A stretch of DNA of 64,000 nt from a virus, in IMG/VR virus record IMGVR_UViG_3300036760_000306, positions 52,458-116,457 of that record. One strand, 5' to 3'. The translations under genes and the position numbers were made by a program. Position 1 is the stretch's first letter. The number at the start of each line of letters is the position of its first letter. Positions 18,931 through 28,369 of this stretch are shown one piece after another. The notes under the pieces were generated by a model. It had not been told where the DNA came from. It was given only the letters and a program-made list of their open reading frames with translations, and did no database searches.

Positions 18931-19380
18931 ATGACATCGAAAAGCAATTCGACGAATGCTGCGAGCCACCGGATCCTACTCGGTAAAGACCCGACAGAAA
19001 CTCAGATTAGGTTGTATGAGAATTTCCCCGCCTTTCGGGGTTTTTCGGACAAGACCCTAAATCCTGAGGTCTTGGAGGCTACGATCGTTTTGGGGCTAAC
19101 CTTCGGGTTGGCACGGGATCGAGTCTTCGTGTTAGCTCCGGTAGCACACGAGGACTGGGTACTCGCAGAGTTCAACAAAGTCACAGATCTTGTGTTCAAC
19201 GAGTGCAAGAAGAACCCTAACCGAGTCCGAATCGCCGAAGGTTACGGTAGGCTGTTCAAGAAGCTGGCCATCATGGGGCGGTTGTTGCAGTTCAAGGAGG
19301 AGCCGGTCCGTTGGGTTTCGTTCGGCTTCTCCGCAGAGGATCCGATTCCTGAGTGGATGCCGCAACGTCTACTCAAGTAG
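18931..19380 (+). CDS. Hypothetical protein
   Basis: GGTGTA-N9-ATG upstream. Confidence 0.7.
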   Translation: MTSKSNSTNAASHRILLGKDPTETQIRLYENFPAFRGFSDKTLNPEVLEATIVLGLTFGLARDRVFVLAPVAHEDWVLAEFNKVTDLVFNECKKNPNRVRIAEGYGRLFKKLAIMGRLLQFKEEPVRWVSFGFSAEDPIPEWMPQRLLK

Positions 19381-19786
19381 GCTCGTCGTCTTTGGCCAGG
19401 TGGTCGAACAACGTAACCGGCGGTTGAGCGGGAGGTTGAGCGACCGGCGGTTGAACCGGGGCGACTTCGGGTGTGACGGGTGTCCTGGTAACGGTGGTGG
19501 TTCTGGTTTGGAACAGACCACCACCCCACGGCTGACGGCGCGTCACAGGCACACCAAGCCAGCCGTCAAAAACGTCGTCCATCCTGTCGAAGACCTCCCC
19601 CATTCGGTCGAACACTTCATCTTCGTCACGCCGTTGTAAGGCGCGTATACGTTCCACGTCCTGGGGGACAGTCGGAGGTTGAGCAGGTTCCGGAAGAGGT
19701 GCGGGCTTGGGCCGTGTCCAGAGGTAGATCAGGCACGCCCCCAAGAGGATGCCCGTAACCAGCATACCGATTCCGATCAGGATCAT
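19373..19786 (-). CDS. Membrane-anchored protein with C-terminal TLFDHL tag
   Basis: N-terminal TM helix, Pro-rich linker, ends PPVTLFDHLAKDDEPT; GGTGTA-N9-ATG. Confidence 0.75.
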   Translation of the reverse strand: MILIGIGMLVTGILLGACLIYLWTRPKPAPLPEPAQPPTVPQDVERIRALQRRDEDEVFDRMGEVFDRMDDVFDGWLGVPVTRRQPWGGGLFQTRTTTVTRTPVTPEVAPVQPPVAQPPAQPPVTLFDHLAKDDEPT

Positions 19787-19833
19787 CCTCTAGGGTACAC
19801 CAGGCGAAAGCTCTTGTGCGCCACGTACAGTAG

Positions 19834-20430
19834 ATGGCCGCCCTCATGCTTCAAGTCCCCGCCGAAACTGCTCGTGTGCTGCACGAGCTTCCGGTCCCGG
19901 GCAATCGAGAACGTCATGACCCTCATGTGACGGTCATGTATTTGGGCAAGAATCTACCGATCGAGCGCATCGGTGAAATGCTGCCCGTGATCTACGACGT
20001 GACCTCCAAGACGCTGCCCTTCTCGGTGTCCACGAGTCACGTCTCCTGCTTCCCTGGGGGTGATGACGGGGTGCCGGTGATTGCTCAGATCGATTCACCG
20101 GAGCTACATCGCTTCCGAAAGAAGTTAACGCAGGCATTCGAGGCGGCCGACATCCCTTACGACCGGAAGCACCCTGAGTACAAGCCGCACACCACCCTCG
20201 CGTACGATCCTGATCCCGACACGGAAGTGGACCTCGACATCCCCGAAGTCTCGTGGGGGGCCCATGAGCTGGTGCTATGGGGCGCTGACCGGGGCACGGG
20301 GCGGTTGGTGGTCAAGTTCCCGCTGAGCCTACCCAATGGGAAGGTGGCGAGTACCTCGTCTCACGCTGCACTCTACCGAGCGGCCGTGCGGCTCTCACTT
20401 TGGGGACACCGCGATAAGCTTGTCGGTTGA
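19834..20430 (+). CDS. 2H phosphoesterase (2'-5' RNA ligase/Acb1-like fold)
   Basis: Two HxT motifs, PHVTVMY and YKPHTTLAY. Confidence 0.85.
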   Translation: MAALMLQVPAETARVLHELPVPGNRERHDPHVTVMYLGKNLPIERIGEMLPVIYDVTSKTLPFSVSTSHVSCFPGGDDGVPVIAQIDSPELHRFRKKLTQAFEAADIPYDRKHPEYKPHTTLAYDPDPDTEVDLDIPEVSWGAHELVLWGADRGTGRLVVKFPLSLPNGKVASTSSHAALYRAAVRLSLWGHRDKLVG

Positions 20431-20699
20431 TTGCTCGCCACGGCGCAGCATGTTCAAGCAATAGGTGCATTTTGGTACGTGCCGGTCATGTGTGGGGTGC
20501 CGCCATGCGAACCCGCCGGGTCGTGGTTTGGGTCTGCCGCACAGTGGTCCGTCCCCACGGTGGAATATCCAATGGGCCGTGGGTGGCTTGGTAGACCCTC
20601 CTCGGTAGAACCAAGCCCCTGTACTGCTGACTTCGTGCATACCATTGAATTGTCACAAGAAAATCCATTTTACCACACCACCTTACGTTGTGGGTCCCC

Positions 20700-21374
20700 T
20701 TACTCATCATCTGTCATGAGCAGGTGGTCGAACAGCGTGAGGGGTTTGGGGCCGGTGATTTGGGTGGAGGCCTTGGGGACTACGGTGATGCGGTAGTGCA
20801 GAACTTGGCGCATTTCATCGGGGTGGTACACCAAACCCTTGAAAACATAGCCATCGGGGACAGCTTTGATTCCCAGGCCTCTCTCCGTTTCTACCTGTAG
20901 CTGTGTACGATCTCGGACAGCGTAAACCCACCATACGCCGCACTGGGGGCAGGTCCATAATGTCGTGTTGGGCTGGTAGGTTTCGCCCAAGACTTCAATA
21001 GCCTCCGTCTGAGGACAGATGGAGCATCGCTGCCCCTCAAAGAACGTCTCGGTTAACCTCTGTGCAAGCACCTGAGAGTACACACCTCTTGGAACATGTT
21101 GCGGGCACACCACCTCGGGGTCTTCTTTCCGGGGACGCTCGTACTGCAAAAAGGCACGGTTCCGACAACCTCGTCTGGAGCACACCTGCCAACACTCAGG
21201 GGCGGCTCGCTTGAGCTGCCAGGTGGTGTACTGGCGGTTGAACCCGACGGCTGCCCGTACCCCCGTTAAGCTTACAAACGTTACGGTGGTCCTATCTACT
21301 AGGGCCACAATACCATCGACCCCTGAATGGGTATCGGTCCAGGTTTCTCCAACCAGGGGTAAGGTAAGCGGCAT
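20700..21374 (-). CDS. Zn-finger protein with C-terminal TLFDHL tag
   Basis: Several CxxC/CxxH pairs; ends PKPLTLFDHLLMTDDE; likely start MPLTLP at 21374. Confidence 0.7.
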   Translation of the reverse strand: MPLTLPLVGETWTDTHSGVDGIVALVDRTTVTFVSLTGVRAAVGFNRQYTTWQLKRAAPECWQVCSRRGCRNRAFLQYERPRKEDPEVVCPQHVPRGVYSQVLAQRLTETFFEGQRCSICPQTEAIEVLGETYQPNTTLWTCPQCGVWWVYAVRDRTQLQVETERGLGIKAVPDGYVFKGLVYHPDEMRQVLHYRITVVPKASTQITGPKPLTLFDHLLMTDDE

Positions 21375-21455
21375 CTTTTTCCTTTTGTTACCTTTGGTGT
21401 AGAGGGCCCCTGTAGCTACACCAACCTGCTCGCTAAGGCGAGCGTAACCCGTACG

Positions 21456-21878
21456 ATGCCTTCCCCGATTCACCCGCAGGATGTTCAGCGAGCCCTCGTG
21501 GCTCTCGGTGTGTCCCAGCAGGATTTTGAGACCATCCGACGGGTCCCCTTCCCGCAGGCTCAAACGTTGCTGCAAGAGCTAAAGACTAAAGCTCGCCGCA
21601 ATTACAAGAAGTTGGCTTTTGAGCTGCACCCGGACCGGACACAAGGCGATGAAACCAAAGCCCAGTTGTTCGTATTGCTTGGCCACGTGCTGGGTGAACT
21701 TGACAAGACCACGGTACGCCCACCCCAGCCTCAACCGGCATTTGCATTCACCGTCACCGCCACCACCGCCACGTGGCAAGCCTGGCAGCAAGGAGTTCCG
21801 TCGGCCTCTACAGGCAACGCGAACGCGGGGTTTTCCCCAGCACAAGTGATCCGCATTGTAAAGATGCGGCCCAGATAA
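21456..21878 (+). CDS. J-domain-like protein
   Basis: YKKLAFELHPDRTQGD (HPD motif). Confidence 0.75.
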   Translation: MPSPIHPQDVQRALVALGVSQQDFETIRRVPFPQAQTLLQELKTKARRNYKKLAFELHPDRTQGDETKAQLFVLLGHVLGELDKTTVRPPQPQPAFAFTVTATTATWQAWQQGVPSASTGNANAGFSPAQVIRIVKMRPR

Positions 21879-21899
21879 CCAACAATAGGAGAAAGTACG

Positions 21900-22286
21900 T
21901 TGTCAGCACCAGTCGATGAGGAGAAGGTTTGCCGTGATTGCACGCAGCCATTCGTGTTTTACGTCCGTGATCAGGAGTTCTTCCTTAAAATGAACTTCAC
22001 GCCCCCGAACCGCTGCAAGCCTTGCCGTGACAAACGCAAGGCTGAGTCTCGCCGTAACGAGCAATTGAAGCCCCCCAACGGCGCTTCTCCAGGCCGCCCC
22101 CCGGTCAGGGCACCCCTTGGTGTGTCTACTTCAAACCCGGTCACGGAATACAGGCCGCGTTTCGATGGGGCCGCCCCGCAACGTGCCCCTAACCCCACCA
22201 CAGTGCCGTCAAGAGACGACAAGAATGACGGTCGGCGGCGTCGTGGTAAGTGGCGCGAGGATTCGAGGGACGGCGCTGACTGGTGA
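21900..22286 (+). CDS. Zinc-ribbon protein (zf-trcl-like)
   Basis: CRDCTQPFVF...QEFF....F.PP.RCKPCR. Confidence 0.8.
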   Translation: MSAPVDEEKVCRDCTQPFVFYVRDQEFFLKMNFTPPNRCKPCRDKRKAESRRNEQLKPPNGASPGRPPVRAPLGVSTSNPVTEYRPRFDGAAPQRAPNPTTVPSRDDKNDGRRRRGKWREDSRDGADW

Positions 22287-22293
22287 GTAACCA

Positions 22294-22485
22294 ATGAGCA
22301 AGAAAGTCTCAGATTTCCCGGATCAGGTTCTCAAAGTGGGTCTCAGTCAGCTAGAGCTACAGGCGCTTGCTAGGCTCAAGATACTGCACGGCAAAAAGAC
22401 GAACTCTGGCCTCATGCGTAAACTCCTTCGGGATTTCGCAAAGCGGGAGGGAATCGTGGGGCCCAAGAAAACGCCACGCACTTAG
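22294..22485 (+). CDS. Ribbon-helix-helix-like DNA-binding protein
   Basis: Short strand-helix-helix pattern (S.LMRKLLRDF). Confidence 0.5.
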   Translation: MSKKVSDFPDQVLKVGLSQLELQALARLKILHGKKTNSGLMRKLLRDFAKREGIVGPKKTPRT

Positions 22486-22561
22486 CACATTGATCTTCCA
22501 ATTTAGGTTGTTAGCGGTGTAGTACCAGAGTAGAACCGCAATCAAGACGCGGGCGGGTACT

Positions 22562-23659
22562 ATGGCCTTTTTCTTTCTTCTCGCAATTCCTCTCGTTCTC
22601 GGTATTCTAGGGTTCATCGTCCTAAAGACGATTACCTGGCGGGAGTTCTTGGCCCAAGTCGGGGTACAGCTTCTGATCGCAGGGTTCTCTGCTGGCGTTA
22701 TTTATTCGTCAAATACCTGGGATACCGAGATCTGGAACGGTTACGTCACTGGCAAGAAGAAGGAATGGGTGTCGTGTTCGCACTCGTACCGTTGTCGCTG
22801 CCGTAGCGTCCAGAGCTGCTCGGGATCAGGTAAGGACCGTAGCTGCACCACTCATGAAGAATGCGACACCTGTTATGATCACGCCAATGATTGGGACTGG
22901 GAGGTCTACACCTCGCTCAACGAAACCATAGACATTCGCCGAATCGATCGTCGTGGATCCAACGAGCCCCCACGTTGGACTGCCGTGCAGTTGAATGAAC
23001 CTACGTCAAGCGAACACAGCTATACTAACTACATCAAAGCAGCGCCAGACACCTTGTTCAGGCATCAAGGGCTGACCAATAAGTACCGCAAGATTCTGCC
23101 ACAGTACCCAGATCAGGTTTACGACTACTACCGGATCAACCGCCTTGTGCTCGTGAACGGGGCTCGGGTTGAGGATCCGGCGGCTTGGAACCTGAAGCTC
23201 TCGGAGATCAACGCGAAGCTTGGGCACCTCAAGCAAGCGAACATGGTTGTGGTACTGGTCAAGAACGTGCCGGACGACTTCTACTACGCCCTCGAAGAAG
23301 CGTGGGTTGGCGGTAAGAAAAACGACATTGTGCTCGTGGTCGGGGTTGATGGTCAGCTCGCCCCAAAGTGGTCTGCGGTGATGGCTTGGACCACGCGAGA
23401 GCTGTTCAAGATTCAGCTTCGGGACGGCATCATGGACCTCCCCAAATTGACTCCGGAGGCTGTGATCGGGGTTATGGGTAAGACGGTCCAGCAAGCATAC
23501 AAGCGTAAGCCGATGGCGGAGTTCGAGTATCTTCAGGCCAGCATCACGCCCACCACCACACAGTGGGTTGTGTCGATGATCTTCGGGCTCATGGTAGCGT
23601 TTGGGCTCATTTACGCCCTGCACAAGCATGACCTGTTCCAGGGGGAACGAAGGTGGTAA
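22562..23659 (+). CDS. Conserved phage membrane protein with Cys-rich extracytoplasmic domain
   Basis: Two N-terminal TMs, DTEIWNG.VT.K....VSCSHSY.C.C, W.GGKKND, C-terminal TM. Confidence 0.8.
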   Translation: MAFFFLLAIPLVLGILGFIVLKTITWREFLAQVGVQLLIAGFSAGVIYSSNTWDTEIWNGYVTGKKKEWVSCSHSYRCRCRSVQSCSGSGKDRSCTTHEECDTCYDHANDWDWEVYTSLNETIDIRRIDRRGSNEPPRWTAVQLNEPTSSEHSYTNYIKAAPDTLFRHQGLTNKYRKILPQYPDQVYDYYRINRLVLVNGARVEDPAAWNLKLSEINAKLGHLKQANMVVVLVKNVPDDFYYALEEAWVGGKKNDIVLVVGVDGQLAPKWSAVMAWTTRELFKIQLRDGIMDLPKLTPEAVIGVMGKTVQQAYKRKPMAEFEYLQASITPTTTQWVVSMIFGLMVAFGLIYALHKHDLFQGERRW

Positions 23660-23678
23660 CCAAGGAAAGCGGAGTGAT

Positions 23679-24242
23679 ATGAGCACTGGATTGAAAATTC
23701 TATTGGGGTTGTGTGTGGCGTTCTTCCTGATCGGCGGCTCGTTCGTCATGTTCATCTTCGGGGTGAAGAACACGTGCGTGGCTAACGAGAAGGGGATTGA
23801 GGCTCAGTACGAGCAGAATCAGGCCAACCTAGCGGGGTACACGAACAAGATCATGGACATGGTGCAGGTCCCAGCGATGGCCAAGAACGCCATCAAAGAG
23901 ATCGCTCAGGCAGCGATCCAAGGCAGGTATGGCGAAAAGGGCTCACAGGCTTTGTTCCAAGCCATCCAGGAGCAGAACCCGACGGTGGATCCTGGGCTCT
24001 ACCGGCAGCTCATGCAGGCCATGGAGGCTGGGCGTAACTCGTTCGACGCCGACCAGAAGACCGTGATCGACAAGTGCCGGGTCTATGAGACTTACGTGGA
24101 GTCAGCTCCACAATCGTTCTTCACGGGGTTCTTCGGTTACCCGAAGTACGACAAGACCAAGTGCAAGCCCGTGATCACCGAGCAGACCGCCCAGGACTTC
24201 AAGACCAAGCGTACCGGCCCGCTTCAGCTTCAAACGCAATGA
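23679..24242 (+). CDS. LemA-like membrane-anchored helical protein
   Basis: GGAG SD, N-terminal TM, EQNP..D..LY..L...MEAGR..F; paired with the upstream membrane gene. Confidence 0.7.
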   Translation: MSTGLKILLGLCVAFFLIGGSFVMFIFGVKNTCVANEKGIEAQYEQNQANLAGYTNKIMDMVQVPAMAKNAIKEIAQAAIQGRYGEKGSQALFQAIQEQNPTVDPGLYRQLMQAMEAGRNSFDADQKTVIDKCRVYETYVESAPQSFFTGFFGYPKYDKTKCKPVITEQTAQDFKTKRTGPLQLQTQ

Positions 24243-24281
24243 AGGGGTCTCCGACCATGCCACCAAAGAAAGAGGAATCCG

Positions 24282-25136
24282 ATGACTGACGAGACGCCAA
24301 ACCCGCAGGAAGCTTCCGTTGTTCTAGCCACACATGACCCTCAAGCGGTGGTCATGGAGCCCACGGAGCTGCCCACAGAGGCTCCCTTACCCGTGTCTGA
24401 GCACATCGTGGTGGTGGCCAAGACTCGCGAGGAAATGGAGGTCGCTCAACGCGGTCTGATTGGCTGGATTGGACCCAAGATTGCGGGTCTGGAGCAAGAC
24501 GTTGTGGAGGCCCAGACCAACCTGGACACAGCCACGAAGCGCAAGTGGGCCACTACTTCGTTCAAGAAGGCGTTGGGTTTGGCCCAAGGCCGTTTGGGCT
24601 ACTACAAGCGTATCGAAGCAGCGCTGGAGGCTGGCTACGTGATCATGCCGGACCTGCCCGGGACCACGGTCGCGGTGCGGACCTCTCAAGGCAGCCCTCG
24701 AAGGACCAGGCACAAGAGTACCTGGGGCCGCCGGGCTTTGCCTCAGGCTCTTTCTGACGGCAGTGATGTCGGCAAAGGGAAGTACGTTGATCCGAACATG
24801 CGGTACACTCATTGGACCGAAACCGGAAAAGACGCCCGAGGAAACGATCAGACCACGCATATTGCACGGGCGCATTCGTTCGACAGCGAGTTCGCATTCC
24901 CTGTGGCGCTGGTGAAGCCGCAGATCCTGGACGCAGCCAGCCAAGCCATGTTGCTCAAGGTGTTCGATGAGATCGGCATCATCGGGGCAGGGTCAGCTAG
25001 GCCTGGGCAACGGCTTCAAGCGACGCAAGTTCATGGCGATCCGATTTTACTTGGTCGTGTGGTTCGTTACGAAGGAATCAAGCGCTTCACTTGCGCCTTC
25101 TTGATCACGTGGTGGCTCGACACCCGGACGATCTGA
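24282..25136 (+). CDS. Hypothetical protein
   Basis: 284 aa ORF with GAGG SD. Confidence 0.75.
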   Translation: MTDETPNPQEASVVLATHDPQAVVMEPTELPTEAPLPVSEHIVVVAKTREEMEVAQRGLIGWIGPKIAGLEQDVVEAQTNLDTATKRKWATTSFKKALGLAQGRLGYYKRIEAALEAGYVIMPDLPGTTVAVRTSQGSPRRTRHKSTWGRRALPQALSDGSDVGKGKYVDPNMRYTHWTETGKDARGNDQTTHIARAHSFDSEFAFPVALVKPQILDAASQAMLLKVFDEIGIIGAGSARPGQRLQATQVHGDPILLGRVVRYEGIKRFTCAFLITWWLDTRTI

Positions 25137-25137
25137 C

Positions 25138-25671
25138 ATGGGTACCATGCAAGCAGACACCCTCGCTTGGTTGAAGCGGGGTAAGAAGGAAAAGGCCACG
25201 CACCTGATCGTTGTGTGTGACACTTTCGATCACGACGACTACCCGGTCTTCGTGAAAGCTGGGCAGAACGTCCGAGAGGTGTACACGGAGTACAGCTCAA
25301 ATAACATGCAACGGGTCATGGAAGTCTACGCGATCCACGCGGATTGGGACCAACAACTGAAAACGGGTCGAGTCCTCAACTTCGATCCCCCGCCGTTACG
25401 AGTGCCCGTAGCGAAACCCAAGTCAAAGAAGCGGGTGACCAAGCCCCGCACTCAGTCCAAGCTCACCAAAGCGTTTCTTGCTGACATCCAGAAAGCCATG
25501 AAGAAGCAAGCGGTGACCCGGGCGGAGCTGGCTACGAGACTCGGGTGCAGTCGAGCGCACGTCACGCAACTGCTCAAGGGCAACTCGGACATGACGACCC
25601 TCAGCATGGTGCAGCTTGCCGATGCTCTGGGGTTAGCAGTGGTCGTCACAGTCAAGAAAGCGAGGCGCTAA
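25138..25671 (+). CDS. Protein with C-terminal XRE-type HTH
   Basis: VTRAELATRLGCSRAHVTQLLKG..DMT...MVQLADALG. Confidence 0.8.
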   Translation: MGTMQADTLAWLKRGKKEKATHLIVVCDTFDHDDYPVFVKAGQNVREVYTEYSSNNMQRVMEVYAIHADWDQQLKTGRVLNFDPPPLRVPVAKPKSKKRVTKPRTQSKLTKAFLADIQKAMKKQAVTRAELATRLGCSRAHVTQLLKGNSDMTTLSMVQLADALGLAVVVTVKKARR

Positions 25672-25798
25672 GGTGCCCAAGTATCGACTTGAGGTGGCGG
25701 CCGGAAGTTACGAGGCCGATACGATCTTTGGGTTGGTTCTGCTGGTGTATAAGCACCGACTCTGGCATTGGCGGCGTGGCGAAGGATGGACGGACTAG

Positions 25799-26290
25799 AT
25801 GACCCAGCCCTGCATCGGACTCTTTGGTACCTGCGACAAGCACCGTTGGCGGGATCCGTTCATAGCTCGGTATCGGGAACTCGGGATCGAGTTCTTCAAC
25901 CCGATGGTGGACGACTGGCACCCGGGCATGGTCCCGCTCGAAGCCCAGCACTTGGCTGAGGACGAGATCATCCTGTTTCCGATCCTCGGGTGGAGCTACG
26001 GTCATGGCTCACTTTCTGAGCTGGGTTTCGGGCCGCTCAAGGCGCTGCGTCAGAACATGAACCGAAGCTTCGTGTACTTGGTCGAGACCGAGCTTCACGA
26101 ACGCCTTACGGACCCTGACAGTCGCAAGCACTCCTTGAATGCCCGCAAGCTCGTGCTGGGCCACCTAAAGGAGCTAGGGGCACCCAACATCTACATGGTG
26201 GACTCTCTGGACCGGATGCTCGCAACGAGCCTGGAACTGCATCGGGTCCACACGACCCTGCGTGATCTCAGGACAGGTACGCACTCGTGA
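25799..26290 (+). CDS. Nucleoside 2-deoxyribosyltransferase-like protein
   Basis: IGLFGTC...WR...I......FFNP.VDDW and SLSELG. Confidence 0.7.
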   Translation: MTQPCIGLFGTCDKHRWRDPFIARYRELGIEFFNPMVDDWHPGMVPLEAQHLAEDEIILFPILGWSYGHGSLSELGFGPLKALRQNMNRSFVYLVETELHERLTDPDSRKHSLNARKLVLGHLKELGAPNIYMVDSLDRMLATSLELHRVHTTLRDLRTGTHS

Positions 26291-26312
26291 CAGCCCGAAA
26301 GACGAGCATCGA

Positions 26313-26804
26313 ATGGCGTTTATAACAGCAGATCAACTGGTGGCTCACGCGATTGGTGACTACGTTACTCAGTCTGATTGGATGGCCACCGAAAAGACCA
26401 AGCGATCGGTGGCCGCATTGGTCCATTCGCTTGTTTATTCGTTGGGATTCTTGGTCTTCAGTCCTTCGGCTACGGCTTTTGCATTCATTGCTGTCACGCA
26501 CTTCGTGATCGACCGTTGGCGATTAGCTCGGTACGTCGTGTGGGCCAAGAACTGGCTGGCACCGTGGTCTGTGTGCCCCGGTCGCGACTACGAGATCATA
26601 GTGGTTGGTGTAACACCAACACTTGGGTGCCAAAACCTGCAAAGGCATTCTGCACATCCTGTTGCGCCAACCCCGCCGTGGGCAGAGTGTCAGGCCACCG
26701 GCTACCCGCCTGATCGTCCTATATGGCTCGCGTTCTGGCTGATGATCATCGTAGACAACATGATGCACGTCGCTTGTAACGCTGCGGCTCTGAGGTGGTT
26801 ATGA
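26313..26804 (+). CDS. DUF3307-family membrane protein
   Basis: AH.IGDY..QSDWMA..K, H..VY, THF.IDR, DN.MH. Confidence 0.8.
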   Translation: MAFITADQLVAHAIGDYVTQSDWMATEKTKRSVAALVHSLVYSLGFLVFSPSATAFAFIAVTHFVIDRWRLARYVVWAKNWLAPWSVCPGRDYEIIVVGVTPTLGCQNLQRHSAHPVAPTPPWAECQATGYPPDRPIWLAFWLMIIVDNMMHVACNAAALRWL

Positions 26805-27001
26805 AAGAGAACCTGGCTGACATGCTGTCGAAGACCGCTGACGTGCTGCATTGGCTCGGGAAGTACGACTCGGCCAACGCCTTGATCCTACTGTCCCGGC
26901 TGCTGCGGGCGCACAAGATCGAGAACCTGGATCAGCTTGAGAAGCTGGTCGTGGATCAAGAGGATACGATCCACTCCCGTTCCACGTCTGACCCCAAGTA
27001 G
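26801..27001 (+). CDS. Hypothetical protein
   Basis: ATGA overlap with the upstream stop. Confidence 0.6.
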   Translation: MKENLADMLSKTADVLHWLGKYDSANALILLSRLLRAHKIENLDQLEKLVVDQEDTIHSRSTSDPK

Positions 27002-27473
27002 TCAGCGATACGCAAACCCTTGGTGCCCGCAGGCAACGTGAAGATTTGCCCGTGGTTTTTGGCAGCCCAGATTTTGGCCACTTTCTCAGAGGTAGACCAA
27101 GGCTCCTCCCCGTCAGGCTTTTCATGCGAACCTCGATACAGCGGGTAACGGCTGGCTTTGCTCTTGTGCTCTAGTTCCCAGAGAAGGGCAGCGGCTTTGG
27201 CTCTGAGCTGCTTACCACTACCCGAGCCTGGTAGGGGTGCGCCCTGCCTCTCATCTGCCATGAGGAGTCTCATAGCAGACGGAAAACCCTTCCACTCACG
27301 CAGCGCTTCGGTTACGAGGTTCCGGTGCGCGCTTGTCGCCAGCGTGGCTCATCCCCAGAGCGATCCCACTCACCTTGATCAGGTGCTGTGGGATCCGGAG
27401 TGTAGGTGGCTTTTTTAGTCCCCTGCACAAAGCGTCGGGCCACCCGAAGGGCTATGGGGTCGCTACTCGGCAT
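26956..27473 (-). CDS. Putative R-S-E ADP-ribosyltransferase with N-terminal RVARRF tag, split by a -1 frameshift
   Basis: 27473..27312 reads MPSSDPIALRVARRFVQG. The -1 frame from about 27348 runs into 26956..27273, which has LYRG, WSTS and ERE. Confidence 0.55.
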
Positions 27474-27496
27474 ACAGTAGCCCGGGTACAAAAGCC

Positions 27497-28042
27497 TCAG
27501 GGTGTCAGGAACTTATCCCGCAGGGCCCTGAGCACAGCCTTCGTGACGTACTTGTCCAGGCTGTCCCAGCCCGTGGGGCTCGGGTGCCGGGCAATCTCCC
27601 GGACCGTGGAGCTGGACACGAACGAGAACTTGGGCTTCGTGGGCAGGAAGAAGGTGTCGAGGTTGGGGGCGAGGCTCGCGTTGGCGTGGGCGATCCCCAG
27701 CTCGGCCTCGAAGTCAGTGACGGCCCGCAGACCACGGACAATGACGGTCGCGTGTTCCCGCTTGCAGAAGTCCACCAGCAAGTCATCAAAGCTCGTGACC
27801 GTGATGGCCCCTGGGTCGATCACGTTCTTGGTTCCCCAGGCTTCGTGGGCCTCTTGCCACTGTTCATCGATGCTCGCCTGGATCATCGCGATCCGTTCAT
27901 CGAGCGTGAACAGCGGCTTCTTGGCCGAGTTGATACCCACCGCTACGACAAGCCGCTCGAAGGTCTTGGTGGAACGGTAGATCAGATCCAGGTGACCCTT
28001 GGTGATGGGGTCGAAGCTGCCTGCGTAGACGGCTGTGGTCAT
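27497..28042 (-). CDS. coaD: Phosphopantetheine adenylyltransferase
   Basis: YAGSFDPITKGHLDLI, N..KKPLFTLDER, VRGLRAVTDFE.E, FVSSS.VREIA. Confidence 0.95.
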   Translation of the reverse strand: MTTAVYAGSFDPITKGHLDLIYRSTKTFERLVVAVGINSAKKPLFTLDERIAMIQASIDEQWQEAHEAWGTKNVIDPGAITVTSFDDLLVDFCKREHATVIVRGLRAVTDFEAELGIAHANASLAPNLDTFFLPTKPKFSFVSSSTVREIARHPSPTGWDSLDKYVTKAVLRALRDKFLTP

Positions 28043-28317
28043 GCCCTACCCTGAGCGAGGTACAACTCCAGGCACTTCTTGCACGTGCCGTTGCCCAAGT
28101 GGTGCTTGGTGATCCTAACCTCCAGGTCCCACCCCTGGCCCACGGGCACACGTCCGCAAAGCGACGGCGTATCCACGCCCCCGCCAAACTTAGGACCCAC
28201 GGGGCTCGGCTTACGTATACACCACGGGCTCGGCCCCGTGACCCAGACGGGCTCACAAAACGTGAACTCGGGTCGTTCACCGGGAAGGAGAGACAGGGAC
28301 GGGAGAGCGCTGGACAT
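28039..28317 (-). CDS. Small Cys-containing hypothetical protein
   Basis: GGTGTA-N10-ATG; overlaps the coaD start. Confidence 0.65.
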   Translation of the reverse strand: MSSALPSLSLLPGERPEFTFCEPVWVTGPSPWCIRKPSPVGPKFGGGVDTPSLCGRVPVGQGWDLEVRITKHHLGNGTCKKCLELYLAQGRA

Positions 28318-28327
28318 GCAGCGACAT

Positions 28328-28360
28328 TACACCGACCGGAATCTAAGTTCAAGTGGTGTA
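28328..28360. promoter_or_regulatory. Back-to-back GGTGTA promoters
   Basis: TACACC at 28328-28333 is 10 nt from the minus ATG (28317); GGTGTA at 28355-28360 is 9 nt from the plus ATG (28370). Confidence 0.7.
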
Positions 28361-28369
28361 GACGCTGCA

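Noticed and set aside
27274-27496. Apparent structured ncRNA in the gap downstream of coaD (several hairpins)
   Set aside because: The minus strand encodes a tagged ORF (MPSSDPIALRVARRF) continuous with the ART-like gene; the hairpins are plausibly incidental in GC-rich coding DNA.
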